From Chiloscyllium plagiosum (lineage: Eukaryota): DNA of 64,000 nucleotides. Shown here in pieces: positions 24,400-37,919 of the stretch. The stretch lies in the NCBI RefSeq assembly GCF_004010195.1, contig NC_057749.1, forward strand, positions 21,478,370 to 21,542,369, written 5' to 3'. Made by a program: the position numbers and the translations under genes. The first letter of the stretch is position 1. Each line of letters opens with the position of its first letter. The notes beneath the pieces are model-generated. The model was not told where the DNA came from. It searched no databases and saw only the letters and a list, made by a program, of their open reading frames with translations.

Positions 24400-26020
24400 T
24401 GCATGTGTATGTCGGTGGTGGGCAAGTTGGTGGAGGGAATCCTGAGGGACAGGATGTACATGTATTTGGAAAGGTAAGGACTGATTAGGGATAGTCAACA
24501 TGGCTTTGTGCGTGGGAAATCATGTCTCACAAACTTGATTGAGTTTTTTGAAGAAGTAACAAAGAGGATTGATGAGGGCAGAGCAGTAGATGAGATCTAT
24601 ATGGACTTCAATAAGGCGTTAGACAATGTTCCCCATGGGAGACTGGTTAGTAAGGTTAGATCTCATGGAATACAGGGAAAACTAGCCATTTGGATACAGA
24701 ACTGGCTCAAAGGTAAAAGACAGAGGGTGGTGGTGGAGGGTTGCTTTTCAGGCTGGAGGCCTGTGACCAGTGGAGTGCCACAAGGATTGGTGCTGGGTCC
24801 TCTACTTTTCATTATTTATATAAATGTCCGTGTGGAGTTTGCACGTTCTCCCCGTGTCTGCGTGGGTTTCCTCCAGGTGCTCCAGTTTCCTCCCACAGTC
24901 CAAAGATGTCAGGTGAATTGGCCATGTTAAATTGCTTGTAGAGTTAAGTGCGTTAGTGAGGGGGGAATGGGTCTGGGTGGGTTACTCTTCATAGGGTCAG
25001 TGTGGACTTGTTGGGCCGAAGGGCCTGTTTCCACACTGGACGGAATCTAATCTAATCTAATCTAAATGATTTGGATGTGAACATAGGAGGTATAGTTAGT
25101 ACGTTTGCAGATGACACGAAAATTGGAAGTGTAGTGGACAATGAAGACAATTACCTCAGATTACAACAGGATCTTGATCAGATGGGCCAATAGGTTGAGG
25201 AGTGGCAGATGGAGTTTAATTTAGATAAATGTGAGGTGCTGCATTTTGGGAAAGCAAATCAGAGCAGGACTTATACACTTAATGATAAGGTCTTGGGGAG
25301 TGTTGCTGAACAAAGAGACCTTGGAGTACAGGTTCATAGCTCTTTGAAAGTGGAGTCACAGGTCGATAGGATAGTGAAGAAGGCGTTTGGTATGCTTTCC
25401 TTTATTGGTCAGAGAATTGAGTACAGGAGTTGGGAGGTCATGTTGCCGCTGTACAGGACATTGGTTAGGCCACGATTAGAATATTGCATGCAATTCTGGT
25501 CTCCTTCCTATTGCAAGGATATTGTGAAACTTGAAAGGGTTCAGAAAAGATTTACAAGGATGTTGCCAGGGTTGGAGGATCTGAGCTACAGGGAGAAGCT
25601 GAACAAGCTGGGGCTGTTTTCCCTGGAGCGTTGGAGGCTAAGGGGTGACCTTATAGAGGTTTACAAAATTATGAGGGGCATAGATAGGATAAATAGACAA
25701 AGTCTTTTCCCTGGGGTGGGGGAGTCCAGAGCTAGAGGGCATAGGTTTAGGGTGAGAGGGGAAAGATATAAAAGAGACCTAAGGGGCAACTTTTTCACGC
25801 AGAAGGTGGTACGTGTATGGAATGAGCTGCCAGAGGATGTGGTGGAGGCTGGTACAATTGCAACATTTAAGAGGCATTTGGATGGGTATATGAATAGGGA
25901 GGGTTTGGAGGAAAATGGGCTGGGTGCTGGCAGGTGGGACTAGATTAGGTTGGGATATCTGGTCGGCATGGACGGGTTGGACCGAAGGGTCTGTTTCCGT
26001 GCTGTACATCTCTATGGCTC
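24400..26020 (+). mobile_element. CR1 LINE ORF2 RT region to 3' end, with a 5'-truncated HE1 SINE at 24826-25065
   Basis: [36 protein letters not shown], 244-aa C-terminal ORF. Confidence 0.92.
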
Positions 26021-26714
26021 TGTGTCCACCTATCTTAGAGTTAAATATCGCTGAAGAGATCAAAGGCTGCGGGACAAAGCAGGAGCAGGATACTGAGTTG
26101 GATGACCATACTGAACGGTGTAGCAGTCTCGAAACGCCAAATAGCCGCATCCTATTCCTAATTTTTGGTTCTGTTTTACCAGCTGCAAGGAGAGAGAACT
26201 GGCTGTCTTTTTTTCAACTTGCACTTCATCAGTTGCAAAGAACATTCTTATTTTGTTTTAGCAAGTGCCTATCACACTTCAGTTAACAGTAGCTCGCGAG
26301 AAAAGGAATAACCCACTTATCAACCACTTCTTGCTGATGTGCTAACTAACCCCCAGAAGAGGAATAATAATAACACTATATCAAACACACACATGAACCT
26401 GATAATAAGTTTAAAAGGGGAGAATTCTTGGTACAGACAGGGAAGTTAATGGTTACAAAGTGAAGCAGTCCTTGAGATTTTAGGTTCTTCACCTGAGAGC
26501 TCAATTGTTTGATGCTAACTCGTAGCCTCAGCAACAGTGGAATGTGTAGATTTTTCTGAGTTCTTGCTGAAGCATTATTTTTCCAATTTGCTTTATCACC
26601 AGCATTCCAACATAGGGATGAGAGAAAGATGAAGGCAGAGAAAATCTTGCAGTCCTTGCTTACAAATACATTGTTCTATCTCCCTCTCTGCTATGCTGCT
26701 CAAAAGCATCTGTT

Positions 26715-27760
26715 ATACAGTTATACAGCTGTGCAGCATGGAAACAGATCCTTTGGTCCAACTCATCCATGCTGACCAAATATCCTAAATTAATCTCGTC
26801 CCACTTGCCAGCATTTGGCCCATAGCCCACTAAACCCTTCCTATTCATGTACCCATCCAGATGCCTTTTAAATGTTGTAATTGTACCAGCCTCCACCACT
26901 TCCTCTGGCAAAAAGTGTGGCACAGGAAAAGCACAGCCAGTCAGGCAGTATCCGAGGAGCAGGAGAGTCGACATTTCGAGCATAAACTCTTCATCACTCC
27001 TGATGCACTACACTTTTTGACTGTAATCTCCAGCATCTGCAGTCCTCAATTACACACTTCCTCTGGCAGCTCATTCCAAACATGCATCTGTGCATGAAAA
27101 AGTTGCCCCCTAGGTCCCTTCTAAATATTTCTCCTCTCACCCTCAACCTATGCCATCTAGTTCTGGACTCCCCCACCCCAGAGAAAAGCCTTTGTCTATT
27201 TATCCTATCCATGTCCCTCATTATTTTATAACCTCAGCCTCCAATACTCCAGGGAAAACAGCCCCAGCCTATTCAGCTCCTCCCTATCGTTCAAACCCTG
27301 ACAACATCCTTGTAAATCTTTTCTGAACCCTTTCAAGTTTCACAACATCCTTCTGATAGGAAGGACACCAGAACTGAACACAATATTCCAAAAGTGGCCG
27401 AATCAATCCAAAGGGATTCTATAAATATATTAAAGACAGAAAGGTAACGAGAGAGAGAATAGGGCCCCTCAAAGATCAGTAAGGCAGCCTATGTGTGGAA
27501 TTGCAGGAGATGGGGGAGATACTAAACAGGTATTTTGCATCAGTGTTTACTGTGGAGAAGGATATGAAAGATATAGAACGTGGGGAAATAGATGGTGACA
27601 TCTTGTAAAACATCCATATTACAGAGAAGGAGGTGCTGGATTTCCTAAAATGCATAAAGGGGGAGAAATCTCCAGGACCTGATCAGGTGTACCCTAGAAT
27701 TCTGTGGGAAGCTAGGGAGGTGATTGCTGGGTCCTTTGCTGAGATATTTGTATCATCTGC
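26715..27760. mobile_element. CR1 fragments in inverted arrangement (minus 26715-27400; plus 27400-27757)
   Basis: CR1 3' end on minus and KSPGPDQVYPR region on plus; CATCTG at both outer edges. Confidence 0.75.
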
Positions 27761-28489
27761 TGAAAGCTTGCTCTATGTGTCTTTTAGAGTCTAACTCCAC
27801 TATCTTTCCAAACTGCTAACTGGCAGACTCCTCCCAAATTGTGGAATGATCATGTGTTTGTCAGTGAAGCAAGACATGTGAATTTCTTGTTGTTGACACA
27901 GTTGCCTGGTTTCAAAGCCATTACATAAAACAGGGCGATTTCAGTGCAGAATCTTTGGACCCTCCAAACTTGTCTCAATCTGTTGTCAGGTGACCACTGT
28001 GGCCATTTTAAATCCATATTTCTTCCTTTTGGAAAACCATCTTAGACTATGCAATATTTTAAGTATGCCAATCAGTTCTGGAAGTTCAAATTCAAAAGTC
28101 CATTTTTACTACTATCACAAGTATATTTATATCCATCCGTATGTATACAGCACATTTTTCTGTATGTCTGCACATGTACATCTATAGTACAGTTCACAGA
28201 AAGCAAGATTTGGGGTGGCATGGTGGCTCACTGTGGCCTCACAGAGCCCAGGACCCAGTGTTCGATTCCTGTCTTGGGTAACTGACTGTGTGGAGTTTGC
28301 ACATCCTCCTAGTGTCTGCGTCGGTTTCTTCCCATGATCCAAAGATGTGCAGGTTAGGTGAATTGGTCAGGCTAAATTGCCCATAGCCAGGGGTGAATAC
28401 GGCGAACGGGTCTGGGTGGGCTACTCTTCGGAGGGTCGGTATGGACTTGTTGGGCCGAAGGGCCTGTTTCCATACTGAGACTGGAGCCC

Positions 28490-28895
28490 TTTTACTTTAT
28501 TTGAACTCTATCTGACCTCTTATGTTTTCATTTCGTTGAATAAAAAATTGTAAAGACATCGTCACTTCGTTTTTCAGCTTTTCTCTTCTTGGAGTGAGTT
28601 TCGTAGAAACCTCCCAGCCAAACATAGCGTTCGAAGATGTCTGTGGTTAGAGATAACAAAGTATCTCACAGACACAACATCAGAATAAAGAACAACTTGT
28701 CCATGCTGTTTGCAACTGTTTCTCTTCAATAGTTATTGCCAGCAAGCTCCAGGAACAACTTGTCCCTGCCATGATATTCTGGAATTAATTGACATTCCTG
28801 ACTTGGCACCATCTCTCAAAGCCCGTTGAACACTCAGATTGGTGCTATCAGTCTGGAGCTGGTCCTGCCTGGTTCCTGATATTTACACTGGACCT
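28490..28895 (-). pseudogene. Fossil ORF fragment, unidentified
   Basis: VQCKYQEPGRTSSRLIAPI*VFNGL*EMVPSQECQLIPEYHGRDKLFLELAGNNY*RETVANSMDKLFFILMLCL*DTLLSLTTDIFERYVWLGGFY...; the five internal stops are all TGA. Confidence 0.5.
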
Positions 28896-30169
28896 GGGGT
28901 GGCATGGTGGCTCAGTGGTTAGCACTGCTGCCTCACAGCACCAGGAACCTGGGTTCGATCCCAGACTCGGGCGACTGTGTGGAGTTTGCATATTCTCCTC
29001 ATATCTATTTAAACATCTCAGCATCCCTTTGTTCCCCTAAACAAGCCTGTCATTAATTCAAACAAGCTCCTAAATGAAGGATACTGTATATGGGGTTTGA
29101 TGATTGACTCAGACTCTGTGTATTTCTCTCTCACAAAATCTGCCAGCATTAGCGGTGGCTTAGTGGTTAGTGCTGCTGCCTCACAGTACTACGGTCCCAG
29201 GTTCAATTCCAGTCTCGTGAGACTGTGCAGAGTTTACACGTTCTCCCCGTGTCTGCATGGGTTTCCTCTGGGTGATCCAGCTTCCTCCCACAATCCAAAG
29301 ATGTGCAGGCCATGATAAATTGCCTATAGTGTGAGGTGCATTAGTCAGGGGTCAATATAGGGGAGAGAATGGGTCTGAGTGGGGTGCTCTTCAGAGGGTC
29401 AGTGTGGACTTGTTGGGCTGAAGGATCTGTTTCCATATTGTGGGCAATCTAATCATTTCTGTTTTTATTTCAGATTCCTGCGCCCCAATACTTTGCTTGT
29501 TTCTCATTACTGACTCTAGACTGTATTCTGCTGCTCAGATACAGTTTTTTTTATTTCTCTATGTGCGCTGCTTGTATTGTTAGGAATGGAGTAAGATGCT
29601 TCTCAGGTGCAAGACCCAAAACATCACACTAACGCTGTACTCATTGTAGGAGTTGTTCCCATCACAGAAAGAGATGTGGGCAAAGCAGAGGTGAGCAATG
29701 CAATAGTGGCGAGACTAAGATTCTGAGAATCATTGAAGTTTACAGCAAAGAAAAAGACCCTTCAGCCCATCGAGTTTTACTGGTCAAAACCAAATATTCT
29801 CATCCCATTTTCCAGCGGTTGGCCCATTGCCTTATATTGCCTTAGTACAGTAAGTGCACACCTAAATATTTCTTCACTGTGGTGAGGGTTTCTGCCTCTC
29901 CCACCTAAGAGTTCCAGATTCCCATCACTCTCTGGGAGTAAACGTTTTCCTTACATTTCCTCTAAACCTCCTGCCCCTTACTTTAAATCTATCCCACCTC
30001 TTCATTGATTCCCCCCATCAAGGGGACAAGTCCCTTCCTGTGTACTCTATCTCTGCCCCTCATAATTTTATACATCTCAATCACGTCCCCTCTCATTCTC
30101 CTCTGCTTCAAAGAAAACAACCCTTCCTCAGTTGTCTGCCTGAAAGTAGATCCGGCCTATTGTGCTGTG

Positions 30170-30612
30170 ATAGAACAAAGAACAAAGAAAATTTACAGCC
30201 CAGGAATAGGCCTTTCGGCCCTCCAAGCCTGAGCTGGTCCAAATCTACTGTCTAAACCTGTCGCCCAATTCCTAAGCATCTGTATCCCTCTGCTCCCCAC
30301 CTACTCATGCATCTGTCCAGACGCATCTTAAAAGAATCTACCGCGCCTGTCTCTACCACCTCTGCTGGCAACGCGTTCCAGACACCCACCACCCTCTGTG
30401 TGAAGTACTTGCCACGTGTATCCCCCTTAAACATTCCACCTCTCACATTGAAAGCGTGACCTCTCGTTATTGAATCCTTCACCCTGGGAAAAAGCTTGTC
30501 TCTATCCACCCTGTCTATACCCTTCAGGATTTTGTAAACCTCAATCGGGTCCCCCCTCAATCTCCTTTTTTCTAACGAAAATAAACCTAACCTACTCAAC
30601 CTCTCCCCCATG
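30170..30612 (-). mobile_element. CR1 LINE 3' end
   Basis: LFSLEKRRLRGDPIEVYKILKG...FTQRVVGVWNALP; (TTCT)n-like tail. Confidence 0.88.
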
Positions 30613-30900
30613 GAAGACAGAAAGGATTCTGAATCCACTCAGCCAGAACAGGAACCAGTCTTTGATTTGTTGGCACCCATTTGATCTTCAGTAGCCAAGA
30701 AATGGAGGGTGATGTTTGTGCAGTGATACAGCCACTGGTTTCATAATCCAGTCCGGTCAAAGCTAATGTTCTGGGGACAATGGGCTCAAATCCCACCACA
30801 GGAACTGGTGGAGTTTAAATTTGGTTAAAAAATCTGGAATTGAAAGCAGGTGTCAGTATTTCTTTCTGTTTTAACTAAAGAGATACTAATCTCCTGGTTT

Positions 30901-31690
30901 TATATATATATATATATATTTTTTTTTTTTTTCTTTACCCACACATACCACCGCCTAACTGCTGTACTGCTTATGTTTCCCCAGCACCCGTGTTGTGTGT
31001 GTGCAGGTGTGAGACACAAGGTACACGAATCTTTATTCAGTTTCCACCACCAGGAAGAAAGGAAACACCCGAGTGGCCAGTGACAAGCAGTGCCCTTCAC
31101 ATCAAAGGGCAATGCTGCGTGATCAAACAGTGAAGGGGAGGGCAGGGATTAAATCAAAATAGAGTTGGAGGGGGGAAATAATGCACTCCACTCCCTGCGG
31201 CGCCCACCTCTCCCTGAAAGTCCCGAGAGTGTTGGTGGACACCGCGTGCTCCTTCTTCAGAGACACCCGGGCTCTGACATAACCGCGGAAGAGGGGCAGG
31301 CAGTCGCCCCGAACGACCGTCTCCATGGCCCGCTGCCTGGACCTGTTTATAGCCAGTTTGGCCAGGCCCAGGAGCAGACCCACGAGGAGATCCTCTGACC
31401 TTCCCTCCCCCCCCTCCGCACAGGATGCCCAAAGAAGAGGAGCGTGGGACTGAAGTGCAACCAAATGCAGAGGAGAAGATTTGCTAGGAAACTAAAGAGC
31501 ACCCACACCCCATATAAACATGGTCCACGGACACCATAGCACTATAGAACAAGCAGTTGGGCTGGGGGTCTGTGAACCACCGCAATCAGCGGTTGCTGGG
31601 GACTGCTGTGTGCAGCACCCTCCACCCCAGATCCCTGAGAGAGAGGGAGGACTCCCGCATAGAGAGCCCTCCACTGGGGAGCAGGTGTCG
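30901..31690 (-). mobile_element. Tx1/L1-clade LINE 3' end with poly(A) abutting (TA)n
   Basis: zf-RVT-like region and EDLLVGLLLGLAKLAINRSR...FRERWAPQG C-terminus; T-run at about 30919-30932. Confidence 0.8.
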
Positions 31691-32296
31691 GTAATGGTGA
31701 CTGTGACAATGATTGCTGTTTAAATAAAACCCAATTGGCTCACCAATGCCCTTCAGGGAAGGCAACTGTTGTTATTAATTGGAGTGGGTGACAACATGAC
31801 TCCCAAACCACAGTTTCTCTGAAATGCCCAATGTATGGGATTGAAACCCTTGCTCCCAGAGCATAGACCTGCCCTTCTGCATTTCGAGGGACATTATCAC
31901 TACACCATTGTCTCTCCTTGAGGATTGGTTGGTCAAGTCTGGATGCAATTGGTGCCAACAGTGTAGGGTCCAATCCCTGTTCCAGTCGAGATGGATCCAG
32001 AACTTATCAGGAAAGGGCCAATCGAGCCCTTCAGATCAAAGGCATTTTGGGCACAGGTGACTTTGTCAGTGATGCCCACATCCCATGAAAGAATGGATAA
32101 GTCCCGGCTGGTGCACACGTTTTTCAGCATGTTGTAGCCAGGAGCTACGGACTGTGATGGTAGACACTCCAATTTCATTTCACAAACAAGACAGACCAGG
32201 AATCTCTCCTGCTCTTCCAGGCTGCCATTGGCATGAGCTGGAAGGAATTTCATGTTGATTTTCGACCTGTTTGCCTAGGCTCTGAACACACTTCGA

Positions 32297-33505
32297 GGAG
32301 AAAGTGAGGTCTGCAGATGCTGGAGATCAGAGCTGAAATTGTGTTGCTGGAAAAGCGCAGCAGGTCAGGCAGCATCCAGGGAACAGGAGAATCGATGTTT
32401 CGGGCATAAGCCCTTCTTCAGGAATGAGGAATGTTTGTCCAGCAGGCTAAGATAAAAGGTAGGGAGGAGGGACCTGGGGGAGGGGCGTCGGAAATGTGAT
32501 AGGTGGAAAGAGGTCNNNNNNNNNNNNNNNNNNNNNNNNNNNNNNNNNNNNNNNNNNNNNNNNNNNNNNNNNNNNNNNNNNNNNNNNNNNNNNNNNNNNN
32601 NNNNNNNNNNNNNNNNNNNNNNNNNNNNNNNNNNNNNNNNNNNNNNNNNNNNNNNNNNNNNNNNNNNNNNNNNNNNNNNNNNNNNNNNNNNNNNNNNNNN
32701 NNNNNNNNNNNNNNNNNNNNNNNNNNNNNNNNNNNNNNNNNNNNNNNNNNNNNNNNNNNNNNNNNNNNNNNNNNNNNNNNNNNNNNNNNNNNNNNNNNNN
32801 NNNNNNNNNNNNNNNNNNNNNNNNNNNNNNNNNNNNNNNNNNNNNNNNNNNNNNNNNNNNNNNNNNNNNNNNNNNNNNNNNNNNNNNNNNNNNNNNNNNN
32901 NNNNNNNNNNNNNNNNNNNNNNNNNNNNNNNNNNNNNNNNNNNNNNNNNNNNNNNNNNNNNNNNNNNNNNNNNNNNNNNNNNNNNNNNNNNNNNNNNNNN
33001 NNNNNNNNNNNNNNNNNNNNNNNNNNNNNNNNNNNNNNNNNNNNNNNNNNNNNNNNNNNNNNNNNNNNNNNNNNNNNNNNNNNNNNNNNNNNNNNNNNNN
33101 NNNNNNNNNNNNNNNNNNNNNNNNNNNNNNNNNNNNNNNNNNNNNNNNNNNNNNNNNNNNNNNNNNNNNNNNNNNNNNNNNNNNNNNNNNNNNNNNNNNN
33201 NNNNNNNNNNNNNNNNNNNNNNNNNNNNNNNNNNNNNNNNNNNNNNNNNNNNNNNNNNNNNNNNNNNNNNNNNNNNNNNNNNNNNNNNNNNNNNNNNNNN
33301 NNNNNNNNNNNNNNNNNNNNNNTTCGGTCGCCTGAGATAGAAGTAGAAAGGTCGAGGAAGGGGAGGTAGGAATCTGAGACTGTCTAGGTGAATTTGAGGT
33401 CGGGGTGGAAGGTGTTGGTGAAGTGGATGAACTGTTCAACCTCCTCGTGGGAGCACGAGGCGGCGCCGATACAGTCATCGATGTAGCGGAGGAAAAGGTG
33501 GGGGA
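32297..33505 (-). mobile_element. Penelope-like element spanning an assembly gap
   Basis: pLTR at 32297-32430; RT RYIDDCIGAASCSHEEVEQFIHFTNTFHP at 33390-33495. Confidence 0.8.
32516..33322. other. Assembly gap (N run)
   Basis: Continuous N. Confidence 1.
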
Positions 33506-33919
33506 CTGAATGAATAATTAAGATTGCTCATGGGGAAGAACAGATGAGGACGTCAAACAGGGAACTGAACAGAAAATTCTTTGAAAATGGTTAGAATAGT
33601 GAAACTTGCTGTGTTGGTAGTGCTTGAGGTAATTGTATAAATACATCTAAGAGATCAAAGCTGATAAATACATGAAGGGGAAGCGAATAGAAGGTTATGT
33701 GAGGGGGGAGGGAGAAGAAACACAAGGAAGGACTAGTTGGATCAAATAGCCAGGTTCTGGTCTGGATGAGTCACAATCTAATGGTATAGTGTTGGCCATC
33801 CAGGACTGAGATGGGACAAATGTTTTCACCCAGAGAGTGGTGAGCCTGTGGAATACTCTGCCACAGAAAGTGGTTGAGGCCAAGAATGTTTTTAAGAAGC
33901 AGTTAGACATAGTTCTTGC

Positions 33920-34690
33920 TAGATGTGAGGTGGCTCAGTAGTTAGCATTGTTGCCCCACGGCACCAGGGAACTGGGTTCAATTCCAGGCTCGGGCGACTG
34001 TGTGGAGTTTGCGCATTCTTTTCGTGTCTGCGTGGGTTTCCTCCGGGTGCTCCGGTTTCTTCCCACAGATCAAAGATGTGCTGGTTAGGTGGATTAGTCA
34101 TGGGAGGGTGGCATGGTGGTTACGTGGTTAGCACTGCTGCCTCACAGCGCCAGGCTCCCAGGTTCAATCCCTGCCTCGGGCAACTGCCTGTGTGGAGTTT
34201 GCACATTCTCCCTGTGTCTGCGTGCGTTTCCTTTGGTGCTCCGGTTTCCTCCCACAGTCCAAAGAAGTGCAGGTTAGGTGAATTGACCATGCTAAATTGC
34301 CCGTAGTGTCAGGTGCATTAGTCGGGGTGAATGTAGGGGAATGGGTCTGGGTGTGTTGCTCTTCGGAGGGTCGGTGTGGACTTGTTGGGCCGAAGGGCCT
34401 GTTTCCACACTGGAGGGAATCTAATCTAATCTAAAAAAAAAATGCAGGGTTACAAGGATAGACGTGGAAAAAGTGAGGACTGCAGATGCTGGAAACCAGA
34501 GTTTAGATCAGAGTGGTGCTGGAAAAGCACAGCAGGTCAGGCAGAATCCAAGGAGCAGGAAAATCGACGTTTCGGGCAAAAGCCCTTCATCAGGAAACAT
34601 AGGGGTGGGTCTGGGTGGGATGTTCTTCAGAGGGTCAATGTGCACTTGATGGACTGAATGGCCTGATTCCACACTGTAGGGATTCTATAG
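33920..34690 (+). mobile_element. Cluster of nested HE1 SINEs, CR1 tail and pLTR fragment
   Basis: Repeated A/B boxes, V-domains and TAATC tails. Confidence 0.85.
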
Positions 34691-35394
34691 GAATAGAGTT
34701 CTCTATTCTAAAGGGATCAAAGGGAATGGGGAGAAAACAGGAACGGGGGACTGAGTCGGACAGTCAGCCGTGATCGTATTGAGATGTGGAACAGGCTCAA
34801 AGGGCTGAATGGCCTACACTTTGTTTATGTTTATATGTCTGTTTCATTTTGTAAAAAATGGACTTAGATGCAGAAAAGCCTGAAAGTACTCAGTCTCTGC
34901 AGACAGAGAATGACCGGTGAGATCTGAAAAGTCTGATCGGCTCATTGTTGAGAAATCCAGAAGGTTCCAGCGTGTATCTGTTACTGGATCTTCCGATCTT
35001 GATTCTTCTGTTTCAGGAAGTTTGGAAAAGCAGTTTGTAAAACAGCTCACTGCCCTCTTGCTCATAAACACTCCCACCTTTGTCAGGGAAAAACTTCTGT
35101 GACGTCTTTGTACATTCTCCCTCACATGAACACTTCACACTTTCCTTTATACGCCTCACTGCACCTTCATCTCCCACTACAGCTACCCGCCGCCTCTCCA
35201 CTTTCACCTTCAACGCGAGGCCAAGCAGTCTGCCTCCCCCTCACCACCCGCCCCCTCATTCTGCCTGCACTGATCTCACATTTAGTCACTTCTCCTTTGA
35301 CAACAGTCACTTCCCCCAAGATAGGTTTCCACAGAAGCACTTTCTGAGAGGCCATAAGATATAGGAGCAGAAGTAGGACATTCAGCTCGTTGAA

Positions 35395-36400
35395 CCATGG
35401 TGACTCAGTGGATAGCACTACTGCCTCACAGTGCCGGGGACCTGGGTTCGATTCCAACCTCAGCAACTTATGCGGAATTTACACATTTTCCCCGTGTCTG
35501 CGTGGGTTTCCTCCCACAGTCCAGAGATGTGCAGGTTAGGGTGAATTGGCCATGCCAAATTGTCCCATAGTTTTTTTTTTAGATTAGATTAGATTACTTA
35601 CAGTGTGGAAACTGTAAGCTCGGCCCAACAAGTCCACACCGCCCTGCCGAAGCGCAACCCACCCATACCCCTACATTTACCCCTTACCTAACACTACGGG
35701 CAATTTAGCATGGCCAATTCACCTGACCGGAGGAGAAAGTGAGGTCTGCAGATGCTGGAGATCAAAGTTGAAACTTTATTGCTGGAACAGCACAGCAGGT
35801 CAGGCAGCATCCAGGGAACAGGAGATTCGACGTTTCGGGCACAGGCCCTTCTTCAGGAGGCAGACTTCCTGAAGAAGGGCCTGTGCCCGAAATGTCGAAT
35901 CTCCTGTTCCCTGGATGCTGCCTGACCTGCTGTGCTGTTCCAGCAATAAAGTTTCAACCAACAACCAATTCACCTGACCTGCACATCTTTTGGACTGTGG
36001 GAGGAAACCGGAGCACCCGGAGGAAACCCACGCAGACACGGGGAGAACGTGCAAACTCCAAACAGTCAGTCGCCTGAGGCGGGAATTGCACCCGGGTCTC
36101 TGGCGCTGTGAGGCAGCAGTGCTAACCACTGTGCCACCGTGCCGCCCACGGTGTTCAGGGATGTGTTCAGGGATGTGTCGGTTAGGCGCATTAGTCCGGG
36201 GGAAATGTAGAGTAATGAGGTCGGGGAATGGGGTCTGGGTGGGTTACTCTTCGGAGTCAGTCGCCTGAGGCGGGAATTGAACCCGGGTCTCAAGCGCTGT
36301 GAGGCAGCAGTGCTAACCACTGTGCCACCGTGCCGCCTGGAGGATCGGTTTAGACTTGTTGGGCCAAAGGGCCAATTTCCGCACTGTCGGGAATCTATTC
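35395..36400. mobile_element. Multiply nested HE1 SINEs with a palindromic pLTR element at about 35729-35963
   Basis: 15-bp TSD CCAATTCACCTGACC around the palindromic insert. Confidence 0.85.
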
Positions 36401-37919
36401 TCTGAGTCTGCTCTGCCATTCCATGCCATTATGTTTAATCTTCAACTCCACTTTCCTGCCGTTATCTCCATAACCCTGGGTCTCCTTAACGATGAAACAT
36501 CTGTCTATCTCAGCCTTGAATATACCTAATTACCTGGCCTCGACAGCCCTCTGCAGTAAAGAATTCCACAGATTAACAAACCTCTGAGTGAAGAAATTCC
36601 TTATCTCTGTCTGAAATACGCGACCCTTCACTCTGAGATTACACCCTCTGGTCCCAGACTCTCCCACAAGGGGAAACAACCTTTCCATATCTATTCTGTC
36701 AAGCCCATAGAACGTTGAATGTTTCAATGAGGTCACCCCTCATTCTTCTCAATTCTGAATGAGTACAAACCCCGTGTCTCTTTACAAGACAGTATCTCCA
36801 TACTTGAGGTCAACCTACTGAACATTCTCTGGACTAGCTCCAATGCCAGAATATCTTTCCTAAGTTGAAAAGACTTATTAAATGCTTGGGGTATTCAAGG
36901 TTTGGGGGAGGTGTAGTTGGGAGTGTGTGAGCTAAGTATGGGGTCTGTTAAATAGTTGTCCAGGAGTTAGATAATTTATTTAATAGTTTAACTTTTCTTT
37001 CGTAAATATATTAATTAGTTTTATTGGAGCTTCCAAATTTTCCAATTTCAGTAGAGATTTTTGGAGGATTCCAGGTGCAGAAAAATTTCCAGTGTCAAGT
37101 TAAATCTACTATGATGGGGACCTACAGGGTCCCTATGCCCAACTCCCATACAAACTGGAATGAGGACTGACTGGACGTTGGAAAATTCAATTATTGTGGC
37201 CCCCATGGCAATCCATCTGTTGCAGGTTGCCATTCTGAAAACTCTCTTTATCCCAATTCTATGTCTTTTCTTATTTAGCCAATTGTTTATTGGTGTTAAC
37301 ATATTAACCCCAAATACCACGGGATCTTATCTTCTTACGTAGCCCTACGAGTGACACCTTTTCAAATATCTTATGGAAATCTAAATATATTACATCTATT
37401 GATTCCCCTTTACTTTCCTGCTTTTTACCTCCTCAAAAATTATAATAAATTTGTCAGGTACGATTTCCCCTTCATGTAGCCGTGCTGACTCTGACCATTT
37501 TATGCATTTCTAAATGCTCTGATAGTACGTTGTTGATAACAGGTTCTAACATTTTCTCCCAGGAGGGATTTAAGCCCAACTGACCTACAGTTACTTGTTT
37601 CTTTTATTTCCTCTCCTTTTTGAACAATGGTATTTCATTGGCAGTTTTCCACTTCTTGAAAGCTCCTAAAGAATCTAAACATTCCTGGAATTAATATCAA
37701 TGCATCTAATATCTCTGTAGATAATTCCTTTCATGTCCTTGGTTATATCCGATCAGGTTCAGGGAGGGAGTTCGACCGAAGGGTCTGTTTCTGTGCTGTA
37801 CTTCTCTAGGACTTTATGTCTCTATGATTTAGCAGCTTCTAGCACCACTAGGTTCTCCAGCTCTTTCTCTCTAGTGATTTATCTTGTATTGATTTCTTTC
37901 TTCCTTCTTTCTCTTGAGT

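Noticed and set aside
32447..33478. ORFs of 280-340 aa (also 53552-54602)
   Set aside because: Mostly X from assembly gaps.
34844..35213. Candidate semaphorin exon 2 (VYEQEGSELFY)
   Set aside because: No LYVG/VGG motif, no suitable splice sites and an in-frame stop follows.
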